Positions 59,068 through 64,000 of a DNA stretch of 64,000 nucleotides are shown here, in pieces. Each line of letters begins with the position of its first letter. Positions within the stretch are counted from its first letter, which is position 1. Origin of the DNA: Trichosphaerium sp. ATCC 40318 (taxonomy: Eukaryota; Protista; Tubulinea); assembly GCA_038496445.1 (NCBI GenBank), contig JALMLS010000334.1, positions 62,001 through 126,000 of the forward strand, written 5' to 3'. The position numbers and the translations under genes were made by a program. The notes beneath the pieces were generated by a model. That model did not search any database. It worked only from the letters and a program-made list of their open reading frames with translations, and was not told where the DNA came from.

Positions 59068-61327
59068 GTATTGCTATAATGTAAACGGAGAGGAAATCTC
59101 CTGACTATTCATTTCTACTTTTAGAACACAAATCACGTGTTGATATATTTTTTACAATAATGTTCAGATACAACTTTGAAGTAGTTTACGGGACTCTTAA
59201 ACGCATAAGGTACGTTAATTTTATCTTCGGATAAACTAAAAAGAAAAAAAAGTCGGCGTGGGTTGTAACATGCAAAAAAAAAAAAAGTGCTTGACAACTT
59301 CAACCTCGAAGTTGCGCAACGTGCTGAAGTAGCATAGAATTGAGATTTAAACTTTTCGTGATTGTTCGTTTGAAGTATAGTAGTATTAAAACCATTGTTA
59401 ATGAAACAAAAACCTTTTTGTGAACAAATATTAACGGGGGAAAATTGCTCAAAGCACGGAACGGAGTTTTATAGTTTTTACGAAGTGTCTAAAGCGCTTT
59501 CCAACCCATAACCCAGCAAGCTACTATACTTATCTACTACTTGAAATAGAATTAAGAGCGGAGAAATGCCTTTAGACTGCAGTTTTTGTGAAGAGATTCA
59601 AAAAAAAAAAAAAAAAAATATTGTTTGAGAATGAATACTTGTAAAGCTTAGTCCGACAAATGTCTACAGTAATCATCCATTCATGCGAAACTTTATCTTA
59701 TGGAATGTCGGGCTGAAGGTAATACAAAACTAATATATCTTTTTTGATAAAAAAGCTGGGCTGCTAGGAGTTGTGCCTTAGATCACAAATGATACTGCAT
59801 ATTTAGAATCAGTTGATTATATAACTGTAAAATAAGCGATTATCGCCTCTTGACGAATAGGTGGCTTTGTGTTGGGTTACTTCATAGTACCAGTAGTGCA
59901 CCTTGAAACTAGCCATAAAAAAAATAGAAAAAAAAAACAATCACACAATATCTTTTAACTAGCCACAGGAAGCCCGCAATTGTAGATCGTTCAACTAAAA
60001 CAAATAATTTATTTTAGGTAGTTGATGCTCTACTTCTAGCGACGAAAAAAGCAGGGTGTAGAGTGACGAAGTGAGCCAGTACACAGCGTAATTGCGGTGC
60101 CTATTAGTTTTACAGAGACTACCATTCAATAGTAAACACGTCAAACGTTTATTTGCGTGCACATGATCTATTCTGCGTGATAACTATTTATAACGAGAGA
60201 CAGACGCCAATTTCTGTGGATAAGATAATAAACAGCTTGGTTACAGCAAGTTTTATCGTATTTATTCGGATATCGCTACGGAACACGTGAAGATTGATAA
60301 GGAAAAAAAAACCAACTAGAAAAAAGTGTACAAAGTTTTTAAAAGTCACTGCAAACCAACAATGACAAGATATCACGCCTTCCACTATCACAAAGTTATT
60401 GTTGTTTTAGATATATAAAATAACGCAGATGTGAAAGTAAGGGATTAAAGACTCCTATCACTTTTGTCAATGCTCTATCCAGATTTGACATTATCGATTG
60501 CAACAACAAAAACAAACTTTTCAAACCAACCAACTGATCCGTGGATACAGCATCTTTACTCTGCTTTTTTTGTTATTTTATGGAGCAATGATGGATTATT
60601 GTTGCCACTCGTGGGATAGTGTCCCGGTTACAAAACACAAAAAGTTCGTTAACCTTTTTTTTGTCGCGGACAAGGTTTCTTCTGCGCCAAATACTCTTTA
60701 TGTTACTTTATTTCCTGAAGGAGACTGATTTTTATCCAACCAAATTATATTTGTCAGATGTGCACTGAGTGGTTTGAGCCATTAAAAGCTCAGTATCCAT
60801 ATTATTTAGCGTCTTCTTGGTGTTGTTTCTCTTTATACTGTATACTAGCGTAGATACTGTTGTAATACCTGTGATACAATTAGTAGGCCTACCATCTAGC
60901 ATGTGGCACGTGCTAAAAAAGAAACAACAGGATAACTCGCGAAAAAAGCTTGGTTTATTTAACACAAATCAAAGTGACAAGTCTTTTGAAACCCTGCTTA
61001 ACACGTAATTTCTAAACTGTCTAAAAACCAATGCCCATTACTAGCGTTTGAACTATTTACTTTAGCGCGTAGCATGGTGACCTTATTTGAAAGAGCAACT
61101 GAAACGTTGCAAATGATGGAGTAAAACACCTGACAGCGTTAAGCTTTGGATGCGATCATTGCTTTAACATAATAAAAGAGTGCTTGTGCAACCTAGATAT
61201 TAACATGCCATGTTAATAAAGTCTACAACTTTTGCAGTATCATAAAAAACTACCGAAGAAACTGAATTTTGGAATCAATCATTTAAAAACGCAGGAAGGC
61301 GTGCCTTGTATTCAATTGTAGTTTTAT

Positions 61328-62395
61328 TTAAATGTAGCTGTCATGCCATACACCTTTCGATATTACAGAATGTGCATCAGAGAGCATAGCTAAGCCATCT
61401 TGGGTAACTAATGTACAAAAACTAAGGTCGATTGTATGAACACCAATCAATGCTTTTATACTTCTGTCTGTTACTCTTCTACAACTCTTTAAATTTATCT
61501 TATGTACTCCAGCAAGAGGCACAATACCAGCATCACCAATACATCGGTTATACTTGAGATTTATCTCGTGAACCCCAGCGAGAGATGCAACTCCTTCATT
61601 TGTAATATAACTACATCTTGAAAGCGAAATAGTATGAACTCCTGCAAGCGCTTGAAGGCCTCTATCTGTTACATTCGTCTCATCTAAGCAAATAGTGTGT
61701 ACACCAGAAAGAGCTTCTATACCTTCATCAGTGATGATCTTATTACAGCCAAGGTTTATGCTATACACTCCTGCCAATGCCTTTATGCCATCATCAGATA
61801 CCATGCATCTTCTTAGATTTATCGTGTGAACACCTGCCAGTGCTTTAGCGCTGACATCTGTTATTCTACACCCAAGAAGATTAATCGTGTGTATACCGCC
61901 TAGAAGCTTTATGCTTTCATCTGTTACTGAAGTATATCTCACGTCAAGGGTATGAATATTCTTTAAATCTTTAATGTGAACATCCGAAATAACAATTTGA
62001 TTCCCAACGAACAACTTTCTCAAGTTTGCCAATTGTTTGATATCAGGTACATCAGGTGTACTCTCTATGTTCTCTAGTGTTATAATATGACAATCAGAGA
62101 ATTTTGGAATACAAATTAAGCTTTTTAGGGAAGCGAAAATGAGATTGGTCTTTTTTCTAATACTATTCCATCTTTTGACAATATCGGCATTTGATGGTGT
62201 TATACATATGTTGTTGTACCCAACGAAGTCGTGAATGATCAACGAGAACTTAGTACACGTTTGAGATACGGCTATCTTATCTAAATCGGTCTCTAAGAGT
62301 GTAATAATGCCGTACAGTACTTCTAGAGGTAAATCTAATGCGTTTGTTTGTTTTTCTTGTATTAACGCTTCTCGCTTACATAGCGGTTCTGACAT
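61328..62395 (-). CDS. Intronless F-box-like/leucine-rich repeat protein
   Basis: LDLPLEVLYGI..L..VSQTC (F-box-like); ~9 repeats of ITDEGIxALAGVHTIxL. Confidence 0.9.
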   Translation of the reverse strand: MSEPLCKREALIQEKQTNALDLPLEVLYGIITLLETDLDKIAVSQTCTKFSLIIHDFVGYNNICITPSNADIVKRWNSIRKKTNLIFASLKSLICIPKFSDCHIITLENIESTPDVPDIKQLANLRKLFVGNQIVISDVHIKDLKNIHTLDVRYTSVTDESIKLLGGIHTINLLGCRITDVSAKALAGVHTINLRRCMVSDDGIKALAGVYSINLGCNKIITDEGIEALSGVHTICLDETNVTDRGLQALAGVHTISLSRCSYITNEGVASLAGVHEINLKYNRCIGDAGIVPLAGVHKINLKSCRRVTDRSIKALIGVHTIDLSFCTLVTQDGLAMLSDAHSVISKGVWHDSYI

Positions 62396-62803
62396 GGATT
62401 GTATTTACGTTTGGAATGCCTGTACACGCGGAGAAATTAACCCTGCTTAACGGGCGATTAAGCTAACGTCACGCGTTTATATAGTAGTAAACACGTGACG
62501 ATTAGAAAGAACATGTACTAATTTGAACGTTTAGAAGAGGTCCAGTTGCTTTCTATTGTATCTTACGTGCCAAGTCACGTGCCTACCAAACCCGGAAGAG
62601 GTGGTTATGTGGTATAGGTAATAAGAAGGTATTCTTTGTGATACACTGCAGTTATTTAAGATTCTCGTTGAGCGGTTTAAGTCTTAGCGTTGGCTATCTC
62701 GTACTATGAGCTCCAGTTGCTGTACTAAATCTAGGTATGCTACTCACTCGCTTTAAATGGTGTAACACATAAAAGCGCCCATGTTGACACAGAGCGCGAG
62801 CCA

Positions 62804-63750
62804 ATGTTGTACGAGACGCTAGAAGACATGGATCTTTATGATGGAGTAATCAGGTTATTTTATAAATGAGTTTTAAGTTATTTACAGTTTACTCAAGGGG
62901 AGCTCGCCAATACCCTATGCTCATGCTTAGTGATATACAAAAAATAGCGATAAAGCCAATAGTTGAAGGTTTCTTTTTAATACAGTATCATTTAGACAAA
63001 AACTTTCTCTTTTTCAAAAAGCTTTTTTTTTTTGAAAACTTTTACTGTGCTCAACGAACTGGTTAGGAAATGATATGATTATTCGTTATCCGTCATGTTC
63101 TGGAAAAACGTTTGCCTACCTTATTGGTATTCTTCAGATGATAGCGTCTACATATGACCCTAGTTGCATCAAGATGGAGGCACTGATTATACCGTATTGC
63201 AGGGAATTAAGCTTTGGCCTTAATAATCAACTTAAGAGTCTGTCAAGGTATACAGATGTCAACACGGTCTTTGCTTCTACAATGATTGACAAAGATAAAC
63301 TTGATATCAAGTGCTCTAGTATATGTATTGGTACACCAAGGTCCATAATAAAACATAAAGAAGTACGTGAACACTCAAGAAATTAAAAAAAATCACGTGC
63401 AAGAGGGTTTTGGAATCTTATTTTTTTCTTGATTGTTATCCTAATTAAAATGCAAAGGTTTTATTAGTTGATAGTGTAAAAGTTTTAGTCATAGATGAGC
63501 CTCGTTATGAATATTTAAACTTGATAGAGAAAATAATCAAACAGCTTCCAAAAGATGTACAAGTTTGTACGTTTAAAACTTGCAAAAATTTTAGTCTTCG
63601 TCACTATATAGTAGTTTGTATGTTAAAAAAGGCAGTTTTGGTGTTATTCTTGAGAGTGTCGCAAATGAAAACGAAGAGCTGTTCAAATGGGCAAAAAAAG
63701 TAACAAAAAAGCCAAGGTTTATTATTTCAAGCTCAGCTTACACTTCGTAA
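62804..63750 (+). CDS. Degenerate eIF4A-like DEAD-box N-terminal domain
   Basis: SDIQKIAI, SCSGKT, PYCREL, IGTPRS, VIDEPR; apparent stop at 63748-63750. Confidence 0.6.
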
Positions 63751-63790
63751 TGCAATGAGGTAAGCCTACGACTAGGAAGTAATTGTTGAT

Positions 63791-64000
63791 CTAATGCCAC
63801 CATAGCTCATTGGCCAAATATTGATTGTAGTACAACCAAGGAGCTCTAAGATTTATATTAAACAACTTTTTTGGTCTTTAACTTTTTCAACACTTGAGAG
63901 TCTTCATCAATACTCTTTCCTTCAGCCTTACGTTTAATACCACATTTGAGACTATTGCCTTCACTTAAACAATCAAGTTTACTTCCTAGATCCAAAGGTT
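63791..64000 (-). CDS. 3' end of a gene entering from the right edge (basic, NLS-like tail)
   Basis: Open minus frame ...GIKRKAEGKSIDEDSQVLKKLRPKK... Confidence 0.4.

Overview
Compact, AT-rich, intron-dense eukaryotic nuclear DNA, probably from a protist. An amoebozoan is an inference from the 5S rRNA sequence and gene content. Most introns are about 40-60 nt with YTRAY branch points, so the ORF track mostly shows exon fragments; gene models here were spliced by hand. About 30 protein genes are present, including SIN1, a SERHL-like hydrolase, a GT2, PH-PP2C, an SDR, COMMD6, PEX16, an LMF, a NIT-domain membrane protein, two tandem LysRS paralogs flanking a GH168-like hydrolase, an MVP/SPFH-like protein, a CYRI/FAM49-like protein, PPEF, an intronless F-box/LRR gene and a degenerate DEAD-box domain. 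The unusually long introns carry cargo: a complete 5S rRNA gene inside a SIN1 intron, and three snoRNAs in LysRS copy 1 that are deleted from copy 2. Other highlights are a spliced DUF6939-like + ACTMAP protease fusion, at least ten GC-AG introns, strong CACGTG enrichment, two inverted-repeat elements tied to dead copies of the LRR family, and an unidentified structured RNA candidate.
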